The translations under genes were made by a program, and so were the position numbers. Under the pieces are notes generated by a model that saw nothing but the letters and a program-made list of their open reading frames with translations, had not been told where the DNA came from and made no database searches. 64,000 bases of DNA from the human T2T-CHM13v2.0 reference genome, Homo sapiens. Below are positions 36,915-52,280 of this stretch, in pieces. The first letter of the stretch is position 1, and every line of letters begins with the position of its first letter. The DNA lies in NCBI RefSeq assembly GCF_009914755.1, contig NC_060929.1; one strand, written 5' to 3'.

Positions 36915-38215
36915 GGGGAGATGGATGGATAGATGAAATAGAAGGGCAAATGGAGAGGTAGACAGATGGATAGATGAATAGATAGCTAGGCAGATATATA
37001 GATGGATAGATAGATGTATATATGGATAGATAGATGAATAGATAGATGGAGAGATGGATGGATAGATGAATAGAAGGACAGATGGAGAGGTAGACAGATG
37101 GTAGATGAATAGATAGGCAGATATATAGAGAATAGATGTATATATGGATAGATGGATGAATAGATGGATAGATGAATAGAAGCACAGATGGATAGGTAGA
37201 CGATGGATAGATGAATAGATAGATGGATATATGGAGGGATAGCTAGATGTATATATGGATAGATAGATGAATAGATAGATGGATAGATGGATGGATAGAT
37301 GAATAGAAGGACAGATGGATAGGTAGACAGATGGATAGATGAATAGATAGATATATAGAGGGATAGATAGATGTATATACGGATAGATAGATGAATAGAT
37401 AGATGGATAGATGGATGGATAGATGAATGGATAGATGGATAGGTAGATAGATGCATAGATGAATAGATGTATATAGATAGATGGATATGTAGATTGGTAG
37501 ATGGATAGATAGATGGATAGATGAATAAATAGATGTAGACATAGATAGATTGATAGATAGATAGATAGTATATTAGTCCTTTCTCACACTGCTATAAATA
37601 TACTACCTGAGACTGGGTAATTTATAAAGAAAAGAGGTTTAATTAACTCACAGTTCCACTTGGCTGGGGAAGCCTCAGAAAACTTACAATTATGGTGGAA
37701 GAGGAAGCAGGCACATATTACATGGTGGTAGGTGAGAGAGAGTGCGTGAAGGAGGAACTGTCAGACACTTATAAAACCATCAGATCTTATGAGAATTCGT
37801 TCACTATCATGAGAACAGCCTGGGGGAACCACACCCATGATCCAATCACCTCCCACCGGGTCCCTCCCTCAACATGTGGGGATTATGAGGATTACAATTC
37901 AAGATGAGATTTGGGTGAGGACACAGAGCTGAACCATATCAGATGAATAGGTAGATGGATGGATAGATGAATAGATAGATTGATAGATAGACGGATGGAT
38001 AGATGGATAGAAAGATAGGTAGATGAGTAGATAGATAGATAAAGAGATGTATATATGAATAGACAGATGGATAGATGGATAGATGGCTGGATAGATTGAT
38101 GGGTGGATGAATAGATAGATGGCTACATGGGTAGGTGGATGAATAGATAGATGGCTACATGGGTAGGTGGATGAATAGATAGATGGCCACATGGGTAGAT
38201 AGATGGATAGATAGA
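36915..38215. repeat. Complex (GATA/GGAT)n simple repeat split by an LTR
   Basis: GATA/GATG/GAAT tetranucleotide arrays at 36915-37568 and 37942-38215. Confidence 0.95.
37569..37941 (-). mobile_element. MSTA/THE1D-like solo LTR
   Basis: TATTAGTCC...CTGAGACTGGGTAATTTATAAAGAAAAGAGGTTTAAT...GAACCATATCA. Confidence 0.9.
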
Positions 38216-41199
38216 ACTGTTGCATCAACAGTAGAGATAAAATTAAAACATAAAAAAATTAATCCAAAACAAGGCAGAAAATGAGGAAAATAGAAATCAA
38301 GTAGAAAACATGGACATCTTGCAAGGTGGTAGATTTAAATCTAACTGTATCAATAATTGCATTAAATGGAAATAGTCTAAACAGGGTTTTCTGTTAGGAG
38401 GAATTATTTAAGGGAGAAAGCTGAATCAAATTAATTTGTAGCATCACAATACTCTCAAAAAAGGTAATATAGTTTCCTGAGACTGAGTATATTAGATATA
38501 AGTAATAAATGTGAATGTGTCTAGGTTTATGTACTAATGTTTATTATAAATTGGACAATTTCTCAAGGGATAAACAACACAAATTAATCTTGTAGTTTCT
38601 GCTGTCTTGAAGTAGAATGAGTTGAACAATAACTCATTGATATTTAGAAAATGCTAGACATATCTTGCTGTGCTTTTTTCTATTGCTGAAAACAATTGGG
38701 ATTTAAACAACACTTTATATTTTTTTTAAGTGCAGACAAAAAAGATTGTACTTCTGACAAGAAGGCTCCCTGGAGTCAGTGCCTCGAATGGAGGAAATGA
38801 GTCTCATTAAAGCTGGGATACCTTCCCGCCTTCTCTCTGGTGGCCGTGTGGGTCTGTGATCCTTGGAGGCTAGCACTTAAACTCTTCCTTTTACTGGAAA
38901 AGGCATTTTGGTGTCAGTCATGGGATATGCCACTTTCAACTCTCAGAGTCCTGCTCAAATCTTGACCCAACCCCAGTCTTCAATTCCCTGTGGTAACAAT
39001 AACCGAATAATCAACAAAGCTGGGCTTCCACATCACTCCTGGGTACCATGTACTGTGGGTCCCCCCACACCCCACACAAATGCAGACATCTGGTTGGAAG
39101 TCCACACAGCACATAGTCTCTCCTGGCTACGGTTGTACTGACATCATTGTTGTTGATTTTGTTTTTGTGTTTGTTTCTGTTTTAAGCAACTGCCTGATCC
39201 AAGCATTGAAACTAATCTGGCTATTGTGGCTATTTCTAAGACCAATTAAGTCGGTTTCCTGTTTCAATGGCTTGTGGGAACCATTTAGATTGTGCAAATG
39301 ATTAAACGACTACATCACATCGATTGCTCTAAATAAACACAGCCTAAAGCGCCTGCCCCTAAAATAGCAAATAAGAGAGGCAAGATGGAGTGCCATATAG
39401 TTCTTTAGATACAAAAATCAATAGGATAATTCAGGTTCTAAGGAGAAATACTTGATATGTCAAGTTTGCTTATTTTATCTATGAGCAAATGGAACACAAG
39501 ACCAATTGCTCATATTTATTCTGTAGATTCCTGGCAGAAGCTAAGAACTGTCTTAAAATAAATTTTAAAAGTAAATAAGTTATAATGCATAGGTTAGCCC
39601 ATTCATTAATGATTTTCAGTTTCAAGTGTAAATATTTCTTAATGATTACTAGTTGATCAGTGTAATGAAAACATTGAGTAGACAAACTAAATGCACAGTA
39701 TAAATGTGACATAAACACTGGTTTCAATTTGTCTCAAGAAAAAAGAAAAAAAAAAGGCCCCTGCAATGGCAAAGAGTGGCCACTATTGGGGTAATTCAAA
39801 CAACCCACTGTAATACAGGAAAGGCTTTGAAAACAGGAGGCGCAGAATATTTCCAATGCTCATAAAGGCAGAGAATTTCCAAATTGATTCTTTTGGGAAA
39901 ACTCTCATCTGGAGGTATTGGACCAGGGATACTTCTTTAAAAACACGGGTGTGTTTCTCTCCCAGTGAACTGAACGTGCAGTGCTGAAGCACTTGTGAAT
40001 CATCACACCTGCAGGGACCACCCGATGGCAGACTCCCCGCGCTTCTGCACCGCTGCCTCCACGGGGCGGACTCCAGGCCCCTTGCAGTCCCCACCAGGCC
40101 CTGAAGACGCACTGACACTCAGCAGAGCTCACCTCCTGAGGACTCTCAGTATACTCTTGTTCTCTGAGGACAGTGTCGCCCGGGTGATGTCCTGGTGTGC
40201 TGCATGGATATCCTGCGCGGGAACCCAGGAGACACACTGGTGGGAGCAGTGATTGCATTTGGCCAAGGCTCATTCACCAGGAGAGTGAGCCAGTGGCCAT
40301 GTGCGGCAGGACCCAGGTGTGCAGCAGGACCCGGGCAGCTCTAGAAGTCCACAGGAGGAGCTACACGGGAGACGTCGTCCTTCCCAACACTGACACGGGA
40401 CGCTAGTGCGCTCTTCCAACAGAGCTGCTTAGGAACAGAGGACTTAGAGGAGAAGGCATGGGTGGGAGAGAGGGGCTGGGTAGTGAGCGAGGGAGAGGTG
40501 GGCAGAGGCCTGCGGTGGAGCCCACAGCTGGAGGCAGACAGCTCACTGGGGAGGAGATGGGGAGAACAGAGGAGACTGTGACCACAACAAGAGAGTGTGC
40601 GTGAAGAGAATCCAGAGTTCCTCCCCCTGTGCTGTGGGCAGAGAAGCACTGGGCTTGGCCAGCAGCAGAGCGGAGGCCGCCACCCTCTACCCACCAGCAA
40701 GGACCCGGGCATCAAAGGCGGGAGCCATGACCCTCATCAGCACAGGCCTGTCTTTTTCCCTTCTGGAGTGTGATGCTGTCCCGATTTCATGCACAGCTGT
40801 CCGGCCGCGGAGAGAAACGCAGGGTGCACGGCTTTCCTGTGCCCACTCTGGAAAGCTTCTCATGTGCGCTGAGTTGGCCACAAGATAGATGAGTTATTGT
40901 CTGAGGGGTGCTTGTACCCACTAGGGCCCTTTCAGAGTTGAGAGAGGCAGCATCTTGCAGAGAGGAATGTTCTAGAAACTTCCCTGTGAGCACCAGCTCC
41001 GCAGGCTCCTTCTGTGTGGTGAAGATGTCTGTGACAAAAACACTCCCAAAGCCTAAGCAAGGGTGTGAGCGCCCTAGAGAGACCGTTTGCCCCACCCCGG
41101 AAATGTTCATTCCTGCCATGGAACCTTCCTGTTCATTCCACAGAGGCTGAGCCGGCTTGTGGGGCTTGGCAAGGACTAGGCGGGGGGCATCGAACCCTA

Positions 41200-41820
41200 A
41201 GGAGCTGAGCCACCGCTGGGGTCGGGGTCCAGTCCTGGGGAACGCGGGTCCCTGGAGCACAGCAGGGCCTGACCGCCTCCGCGCCGCCCTCCCCGCATTT
41301 CCTCTCCTCCTCCCCAAGCCCATGGCTCAGAACACCGAGACCTGCCTCGCCAAGAAACGCCCATTTATTTCCTTCCTATTTATTTATTTTGCAAAAGCCG
41401 CCTTTTGAAAGCCGGAGTGCAGTGCGGACTGGCTGAGGCCGGGGCCCAGGCGCGCGCCTCCTTCCTGCGGGCGGCCCGGGGCATCGATCGCGCGGGGCGT
41501 AATGAACCCTAATAACAGCTCTATCACCGCCCGCCCGCCAATTGGCCCGGGTGCCCTCCAAATTAGCCACAAAGAAGCCAGTCTGTCAATATTAATTCCG
41601 CCGCGGAGATTACTTGTTGTGGGAGAACAAAGGTGTTCTGGCTTGAGCTGAACAACTTAACTCCTTGTCTCATAAAATTTAAGCTGCTATTGATCGCCTC
41701 CTTGCATTGTGTGAGGATTAAACACGTGCGCGTGCACATCCAGGCACACGCGCGCACACACTCGGGGCGCCCGGCCCCGCTCAGGCAGCCGCCCCACCTC
41801 CTCGCCTACCCGGAATCATT
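41200..41820. promoter_or_regulatory. Small CpG island-like GC-rich segment
   Basis: Dense undepleted CpGs (GGCGCGCGCC, GCGGGCGGCCCGGGGCATCGATCGCGCGGGGCG, CCGCCGCGG) against CpG-poor flanks. Confidence 0.7.
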
Positions 41821-42760
41821 CAGCAACGTGGAGCAAATTAAATCAATGAATTCATCCTAGCAGATGGCCACTTTAACACTCAGTTAGCCCTTTAGATAAT
41901 TGAGCGTTGACTCCGGAATCATAAAATGGATGGCTCGTTTGTACATTTTACTGAAATAGATCACCGAGGTTAAATAAATGAAATCCCATTTGTCAGGCGG
42001 TAATAAATGGCCTCCCCTTCTGCAAACAGCTCTGTTTGGCCTAATAAATACAGGGACGTTACAGCGCTCCTCCCTTGATAGGGTTACAGCTTAATGAAAT
42101 GGCCTTCCCTCTGCTTGTTTTTGCCGCCTCCTGCACCGTGTGATAAGTAGCAAACCAACGAAGCTTGTAATTACAATCTTACAGAAACCCGGCCAATCTG
42201 TATATAAATCTCACCCTCCAATTACAAGATGTAATAATTTTGCAGTCAAGCTGGTAATGAGGTCTAATACTCATGCCTGTGATAATCCCCCCTGGATGCT
42301 GACTCTATCAGATGTTAGCTTTGTAATTATACTGGCAGAAAATCATTATTTCATGTTCAGCAGAAAAATGAGGTTGGTGGGAAGTTAATTTTCTCTATGC
42401 TCTGTGAAGCGTAGACAAAATTTTAATGATTTAATCATTATGGTTATCCCTTTTGCAATTGACCCACGTTACTTGTGTAGAAACATTGGCACATTTAAAA
42501 GTCCCTGTTACCCGATAAAGCTTGCCAGGTATGCAGCTTTTAATGTAAGAATAACTGTGTACAATTAAACTATTACCCTGCCGATAGGGAAAATTCATTT
42601 TACTTTTAGTTTCCGTTATTTACGTGTGTGATTCATGGAAATGTTTATGTCTTGCCCACACTATAATAAATGGCTAATTAAAAAAATTGAATTATGCCGC
42701 CCTGATTATGTCAACCCTGCAAAATAGCATCACAGAAGAATATTCGGACCAGATAATTTT
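41820..42760. promoter_or_regulatory. Candidate deeply conserved non-coding element / developmental enhancer
   Basis: Repeat-free and AT-rich, dense in TAAT/ATTA, GATAA and TGTCA motifs, with a near-palindrome at 42161-42180. The core 42140-42430 resembles, from memory, the IRX-cluster ultraconserved element family. Confidence 0.7.
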
Positions 42761-44990
42761 TGGATATGGGCCTGAGAAGCGACAGCTTCTGTGTCTCCTG
42801 TAAAGAATAAGGACAAAAAATGGAAGAGTTGCCAATATCCCATTTGGGGAATATGACTTCTCAAATATGAGCCTTTAATATTTCTCAATCTGGTCAAGGG
42901 GCTGTTTATAAACAATGCGCTTTTAGATACAGTTGATGCTTGAACATCATTTTTTCCTCGTACTTTTGGACTCTTCAGTGACGTAGAGGAAGACACATGT
43001 CACACACATGGCACGCTCAACAATGTCAGTCTAGTCATAGGTTAAAGAAGGATAAGGATATGAGAGTTGCCTCCTAGGAGGCCAAATTCAATGATAGACT
43101 TTGGAAAACATACTCCTGGTGCTATATCTTGTGGTAAAACTAGCTTTGCCCTGAAACTCCTAATAAGGTCGGAAGAATTTTTCTGCCTGCCTGATCAAAT
43201 GTTGCCCACAGCTTAAGACTGCCTGTTTCTGCACCAGTCTGCTCTGGTGTTGACAGAGCTTGCCGGCTAGCACAGCCCCATGCTGGGTCACAGCGAGGGT
43301 TCCAGTGAGTGAAGAAGGTGCCTGGGGGATAATCATGTCCCTGGTTCTAGACTTACTTTATATTCCTGTCTGTCCTTTCCTGCAAAACTGAAGTCTTTGG
43401 AATCAGCCCTTGCCCACACCTCTGGGATCGTGAGTGGGCTGGGGTGTGCGCTGCAGCTGGGAGAATCCACTTAGCATCCTGTGGGCTGTGAATGGGATGA
43501 GCTCAGCTCTACAAGGGTGGAGACTTTACAGCTATGAACCAAGGTCATTTTTTTTTTAAGGAAAATTCCATATTAGTGAATTGGCTTTTTGCTAAACTCC
43601 ATACGTATAGAAAGATATCAGTATCTGTTGCAAATGGCAGATACAATTTTATGCACCTAATAATTTCTATAGATACTGAGATGAACTATGCAAATCTAGA
43701 TTTAAGTGTATAATTAAACTGTGGCACTTGGTTTCTCCTCTTGCAGTTATAACTCTCAAAATTGCAACATAATTGATCATTGAAGATTTTGCCTTTTCAG
43801 GATAAAAGCCAAAGTGATTGCTCCAAATGGACATCCATGCCAGTCATCTGTGTAAGGATCGCTGAGTGTCTCACAAAAGCACGTGGGTATGAAGGTGGGG
43901 TTGACATTGATGATTAAACCAAGCAGTACAGAAGCATCGGTGCTGGTCACTTATCCCCGTCCTTCCCATCATTCGAGATCCCCTTCCAGCGAATGGTGAG
44001 TGAGAAGGAGTCAATACTCCCCGGACCTGGAGTGTGAGATTGCTGGTGGGTGGGTCGAGTGGGAGGTCTCAGGGCTGACCCAGAGGATTGTGTAAATGTA
44101 AGCTGTTCCCCTCCAACAGGCCCAGTTTGCACCGTGGTCTACATGAATGGCCCTCTCTGGAAATGTGGAATGAGTGGCCTGTGTGCTGTGCACAATGGCC
44201 TGAGCCCATGGTGCCTGGCAGATTCCTCCAAGTGCAGTTTCTCAGGCCCTGGCTTCCCTGGGAGGGGAGCTGGCCCGATTCTGTGGAGTGTGGCCTCTTG
44301 CCCTGCCTCCCTCTGCAGATCATTTCCAGCAAGTTCTCCTGTAGGCTCTTTGTACCTTCCCTTCTTGTCCCACTGCAGAGGCTGCCAGCTCTTGCAAAGC
44401 TTGGTGCTCAGGCTTTGCATGACTTGGGTCTAGGCATGAGCCTGTGACTGCGGGAGAGCTACATGGAGGGAAAAATGAGGTCCTTTCGTATCCAACCTCT
44501 CCCCTTATCCAAGAGGAAGGAGAGATTCACAGACTTTCGTGCAAAGGCCACCATATAGACTTGCTGGGATGTCGTCCTCAGAGGCCCCACTGCATGTGGC
44601 CTGGAGCTTGCACATTGCTGAGCAGGGGCCACTCCCCCTCCCTGGAGGATGGCCCTGCTGGCACGGCCACATTGCTTGCCCTTCCTGCCAAGTCAGAGAG
44701 ATCTTTTTGGTTCCCTTAAAAGTACCCTCAAAATCCCTAGAATCCTTGTTGTTGTTGTTGATTTTTTTTTTTAAAGGAATGGCTTTCTTCCTGCCCATGT
44801 CAAATCATCAGGGGAATGGTACATTTCTGTCTCTCTGCTTCCCTTTCAAGATCAGGAATTGTCCTTTATTACTGTCTTCAAGATGGGAGTGGTTAACAAA
44901 ATTATACCCACGTTGGGGGGATGGACTTTCTTTAGAAGGTTAGAGCAAGGTCAACCCCAGCTCACCTGAATTACAGGTGTTCTAGGTTAC

Positions 44991-45352
44991 TGTATTAGTC
45001 TGTTCTCACACTGCTGATAAAGACATACCTGAGACTGGGTAATTTATTAAAAAAAAAGGTTTAATGGACTCACAGTTCCACATGGCTGGGGAGGCCTCAA
45101 TCATGGCAGAAGGAGAAGGAAGAGCAAAGGGATGTCTTCCATGGCAGCTGGCAAAGAGAGCGTGTGCGGGGAAACTCCCATCTATAAAACCATCAGATCT
45201 CGTGAGGCTTCTTCACTACCATGAGAACAGGATGGGAAAAACCCACCCCCATGATTCAGTTATCTCCCACCCGGTCCCTCCCACAACATGTGGGAATTAT
45301 GGGAGCTACAACTTAAGATGAGACTTGGGTGGAACACAGCCAAACTGTATCA
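44991..45352 (-). mobile_element. THE1B/C solo LTR
   Basis: TGTATTAGTC...CAAACTGTATCA with a perfect 5-bp TSD GTTAC (44986-44990 and 45353-45357). Confidence 0.93.
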
Positions 45353-45944
45353 GTTACAGAGGTCAAACTTCAGTGCATATTCTTGCAAACGAAGGGGACA
45401 AGAGTCAAGTTGTAGGATGACTGGATTTCCAGCTAAATGAGGATCTTTAAGAAAAATGACAGGCTTTTGTGGCTCAAGTAAAAGCAAAGATTTTTGATGC
45501 CTGCTTGAGCCTGAGGCTGGCAGGGCCCATAAAGCAGAAGCAGCACCCTCTGTGCCTCCAGCAGCTGCCGCCAGCCTCCGTCCTGGGCAGAGTGTCATCA
45601 GCACTGAGAGATCCTCCTGGGCTATGAAGGGTGATGAGTCGGTGGGTTCCGACACCAATGTTTGACTTACGTTTCTATGTTGTTTTATTTTCTCTCAGTT
45701 TCTATAAACTTCTGCAGGTCTTTGTGGAGGCAGTTAGGACATATGTATGTACAGAGTAAAAGTGAAATAACTATTATAATTAAAAATGTGATGTCTGGGT
45801 GTCTGTGGGGTGCTTGGGCCAGGGGAAGGCCACTGACATGTGAAGTGGCAGGAGGCACCTGTTGCCCAGGCCTCCCCCACATGACCCTTGGTGCCACAGC
45901 AAGATGCCTGGTACATTTGCCAAGGAAGCCTGAAGTTAATTTTA

Positions 45945-46130
45945 ATTAGGAGTTGAGATGTCAGGAAATCTGGGTTTGAATTCTGGCTGGATGTTTAACT
46001 CTGTGGCCATAGAGAGACTAAGCACCATCTCTGCCCTGAACTGGATAATGAATGATCATCCTTCTTCCTGGGGCTTGTATGAGGGTTAAATGCCTGGGTG
46101 GTGCTCAGCACAATGCCTGGAAAAGAGCAG
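45945..46130 (+). mobile_element. MIR
   Basis: GTCAGGAAATCTGGGTTTGAATTCTGGCT...GAGGGTTAAATG...GTGCTCAGCACAATGCCTGG. Confidence 0.7.
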
Positions 46131-46714
46131 CTTCTTGGAATGTCTCAGCCAGCCTTGTTCCTGGCTGTGGAGTCCAGGCTGCCTGTGAACTATGATCACT
46201 GCAGCCATGGGTGGGACGGGTGGGAGGAGCACCCGGAAGCACGCTGTCTGCCAGTCATATCACTGCAGAGGGGGAGAAGGCACCAGAGCCATGGCACAGC
46301 AGACGGTGATGGGTTCCTTCCCTGCCAAGCACGGAAAAGAAAATGGCACCTTCTTCTTCGCCAACCAGACACAGATCCTGTGTTAAGCACCTCTTGTAGA
46401 TATTGTGGTGTTCCCTCTGTGACCCCACCCTCTTGCTTAGATGCTGTGGCCTCCATTCCATGCAGAGAGAAACAGAGCACAGAAGCCAAGTGACTTGCTG
46501 AAGACCCTGTGTCTGGGTACAGACAGGATTCAAAGCCAACTTAACTGCCCCTGCAGAACCAGCGTCCTCTGGCATAAGCAGGACCCACCCGTTGCTCATC
46601 GGTTGTTTACTATGTCCTGGAGTTTAGTAAATGTTGGCTCTGCTGCCTGTAGATGCTGTGCACCCATTTCTGCCAGAATTTCTAGGTTCTTTAATCTCTT
46701 TAAATGTTTGTTAC

Positions 46715-47069
46715 TGTCTTAGCCAGCTAAGGGTGCTCCAACAGAGGCTGTGGATGGAGTGGCTCAAACAACAAACATTTCTTCCTCACAGTTCTGGAGG
46801 CTGGGATGTCCAAAGTCAAGGCACCAGGAGACCTGCTGTCTGGTGAGGGCCTTCCCCCAGGTTTGCAGACAGCGTTTTCTCGCTGTGTCCTCTCTTGGTG
46901 GCGAGGGCGCTGGGAAGAGGAAGCTCTCTCATGCCTGTTTTTTAAGGGCACAAATCCTGTTCCTAGGGTCCCACTCACATGACCTATAACCTGCCAAAGG
47001 CCCCATCATGAGATACCATCACACAGGAGACTAAGTCACAACACACGGAGTTCCTGGGAATCCGTGACA
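46715..47069 (-). mobile_element. MLT1A-like MaLR LTR
   Basis: TGTCTTAG...AAACAACAAACATTTCTTCCTCACAGTTCTGGAGGCTGGGATGTCCAA...TCTGGTGAGGGCC. Confidence 0.8.
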
Positions 47070-47952
47070 GCTACAAAGCTTCCTGCGGCACCATGGGGTG
47101 AAGAATAGTTCTTTGATTCATCAGTTATCTTTTCTGCATGGCCATTTCTTCATGTCATCAATGAAGAGCACTCAGAATTCATCCCTCCCGATCTCCCCAC
47201 AGAGCCAGGTCCCCCGGGAGTAGATGGAGCACTCTCCGATGTCTGAAAGGAAAGCACAACTACTTTGAACACATTTTCCTATCTCCTTCACTGCCCAATG
47301 CCCGTGGAACTTTTGTGTCTGTATGCAGGAAGCGTGACGACAGTCAGGCAAACATTTCATTTGCTTCTTCAAAGGTTTTCTTACTATTTCTTACAAGAAA
47401 GCTAAGATTTCCTGGATTTGGGGGAAAATGGCATGTTTACAGTCTTTGCTTTCCCTTACCAATCTTTAATCTCACGTTTCTCTCCAGGCATCTTCTGGTG
47501 TGTGCAGGACCCGATGGAGGAGTGATGAGACCTCAGAGCCATGTCCAGGCTCTTCCAGTCAGTTGGTGGCCTCCACAAATGCCAGCCAGCCCGCCCAATG
47601 CAAGCTTCTGCTTGGCCAACGTGTAGCAGTTACGATGCAGCAATTGGAAGAGGCTGTGGGGATCAGTAATTCCAGTGGGGGAGCGACGGACACCCCTAAG
47701 AACCCATTCCACGATTTTAGTCCCAAATTGGATTTTGCTTGGAGAAATTCTCTGCCCTGTAGTAGTGGTTTTTAAGATCACAGATATTGGAGTAAGAAAG
47801 ACAAGGCTCTTCTATTTGCTGGTCTATTGACTCACAGGGGAATACCAGAGAACTTGGCATCCAGAAAACAGTCAACAAATGAAGACAGTGCAACTAAGAC
47901 CTGGGCGCCATGTTCCTTCCCTAAGGCTCATTTCACTAGGATGCTGTGTCAG

Positions 47953-47983
<31 letters not shown>

Positions 47984-47985
47984 AC
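47953..47985. repeat. (CA)n microsatellite
   Basis: CACACA run with CT interruptions. Confidence 0.9.
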
Positions 47986-49984
47986 TCCAGGAAGCCTCTA
48001 AAAGAAATGCAAGTGTTCTCCAGTAGAAGGAGCATCGCTGAAATTTACTCAACAGCACGGTCTTCGTGTCTTTCCCTCCCAGGCCCACACTCTCAGCTGC
48101 CTCCTCCCCTCTCGCTCCTTTCCTCCTGTGTTCTCCAGCAAGGGTGAGGACCCACTGTCATTCAGAAAACCTCCTCCTAGTTTTTCTATGCAGGGAGTCA
48201 TTCACACATCCAGCAAGGAAAACAGGGGCTTGTGCAGACTCTCCTTGGGAGGTAATGGGAGAGGGATTCTAAATGCTTGTCACATTTTTACCTGACACTG
48301 TTACTACCATGTAACTACTAATAACTAATGCCAACTTCTGAATCATATTTCCTATCATCTTATGAGAGAGAACTCTGTGGTGTATAAACACCAAATCACA
48401 AATCTCCACTTTACATTCTTGTTTGTCTACTTGTTTGTCTGTTTTCCACTGCAGTGCAGGAGCCCGTGGAGGAGACCCGGTTTCCAGCACCGAGGGGCTC
48501 AAGAATCTCAGGTCACCTGTGAGATGAGCTCTGAGCACTTGCCCACACTCCTGAGCATGAACATAAAGCCCCATCACATGCAGTGGCAGATGGTTAAGAC
48601 AACAACCAACCATCTCGTCAGATAAAAGCTTCGCTCCACTTAAAGTGGATGATTTTTAAATTTGTTTGTAAAACCTTTGATATTTGACTACTAAGAAATT
48701 ATAAGATCCCTATGGACAGGCAACTAATTTTCTACATTTCCTGGTTCTTTAAAAATAAATAATTGTCATAGGTCCTTATTAAAGCTCTCAGAATTGTACT
48801 TTTGATTTCTAATAAATGCCAAAATATATCTTATCAAATATTTACAGTGGAGTCAGGCATAAAGTCTATAACCTCAAGAACATGAACTGTCAATTTATAC
48901 TACCGTGGACTCAATTTGGCAAGTTAAGGGGTGAGGAATGGGATTTCAGGAAAAGCCAAAGGGTCTAATTGTTTATGATACATATTTTAAGTATCTGTCA
49001 TAAAATGTGACCAAGCCTGTTGTATTCTTTGAATAGCTGATTTCCCTGTTTTATCCCCTCTTTGAGTTATTTTCATACAGTTTCACAGATAACTGCAATA
49101 CTTTTTCTTAACCTGAGATTTCTGAAGTTAATATGATGGAACTGCTGTGTGACACTGGAATTCGGACTGAGGGCGTTGAAGAAGAACAGGGCTTCCTCCC
49201 AGCCAAGGGCTCTTTAATGCGGAGCCTGGAGCAGCCCAGAAATCTTGCAGCAAATCTACAAGATGGGCCGTGACCGGGTCAAACGGAAATCTCTTTCAGT
49301 ACTTTGTTCATGCCATGCAATACTCTTATTCTCATCATTTTGATAAGGAATAGGTTTTTTTCCCCTTTAGTTCCTCTTCCCTAGAGATATAGATTTTTAA
49401 GCTGATTTTGTGTCTCAGGCTCATTTAAGTTTTAAAAAATATTTTCCAAGATAGATAAAACATTTTTTTTCCTCTTGGAATAATGAGTATTTATTGACAT
49501 TCATTTAGTGTTGTTTCAGCAGACTGCTTCCCACTTGACCCCTGCCAGCCCCCAGGAGTGCGTTTTGGATTAGAGGAAAATGTGGAAAATTTTGAAGTGC
49601 TTTTAATCTAGTAAAACACATTGGGATGGTGTTGAACACGTTTATTAAAAATTACATGTGTTTGCATTGGCAGGAAGCATTCCAGAAAATGTCAAGAATT
49701 TCCAGGCACTTTGTGGATTTTCCAGATGATAAATGATAATTTTGCTGCTTTCATTAGCTGCTGAATTTTCTTAACTCACCCAGCATTGATACAGACAGAG
49801 CAGGGCATGGCAGACCCCGCAGTTCCGTTTCATCATACTTGCTCACTACACGATGTTGCTATGCATCCATGGACTGACAGATTGTCTGGGGGATCTTGTA
49901 GGTACCATTTCTCCTCCTTCCAGTAAAAGCAATCCTAAAGGTTTTCAAAATAATCAATTGAGAAAGTACTACCATTATTAAAAA

Positions 49985-51805
<1,821 letters not shown>

Positions 51806-52280
51806 AAGTATTATCACAATTAAAGAGATTCAGTAAAAACCTTACAAGACTAAATTTGCCAGCAACAAATCCTTTTAATTTTCCTTCCTCTGATAATTTC
51901 TTCATTTCCTCCTCATTCCTGAAGGACAGTTTCACTGGCTATATAATTCATAGCTCACAATTCTTCTTTAAGTACTTACAACAATGCTGGGCCACTTTCT
52001 TTTTGCTCTAAGTTTTGGGGTAAAAAAGCTGCTGTTATTCAACTTGGGGTTCCCTTGTAGGTCAGGTGCTGCTTCTTTTTGGCTGCTTTCAAGATTTTTT
52101 CTTTGTTTTTCATTTTCAGAAGTTTAATTGGGGCGAGTTTGTGAGTTTCTTTTGTTGCTGTTGTTGTTTCTTGTGTATTTCATTTAGGGTTTGTTCACTT
52201 TGTTGTATGTGTAGGTTTGTGTCTTTCACCAGACTTGCAAAGTTTTCACCCATTATTTCTTCAAATACTTTTTCAGACAC

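Noticed and set aside
36859-38228. Ser/Ile/Tyr/His-rich ORFs
   Set aside because: They are translations of the (TATC/CATC)n microsatellite strand.
41200-41820. CpG-rich segment as a protein-coding gene promoter
   Set aside because: No downstream coding exon is evident. It is better explained as an enhancer-associated orphan CpG island, although a lncRNA start cannot be excluded.
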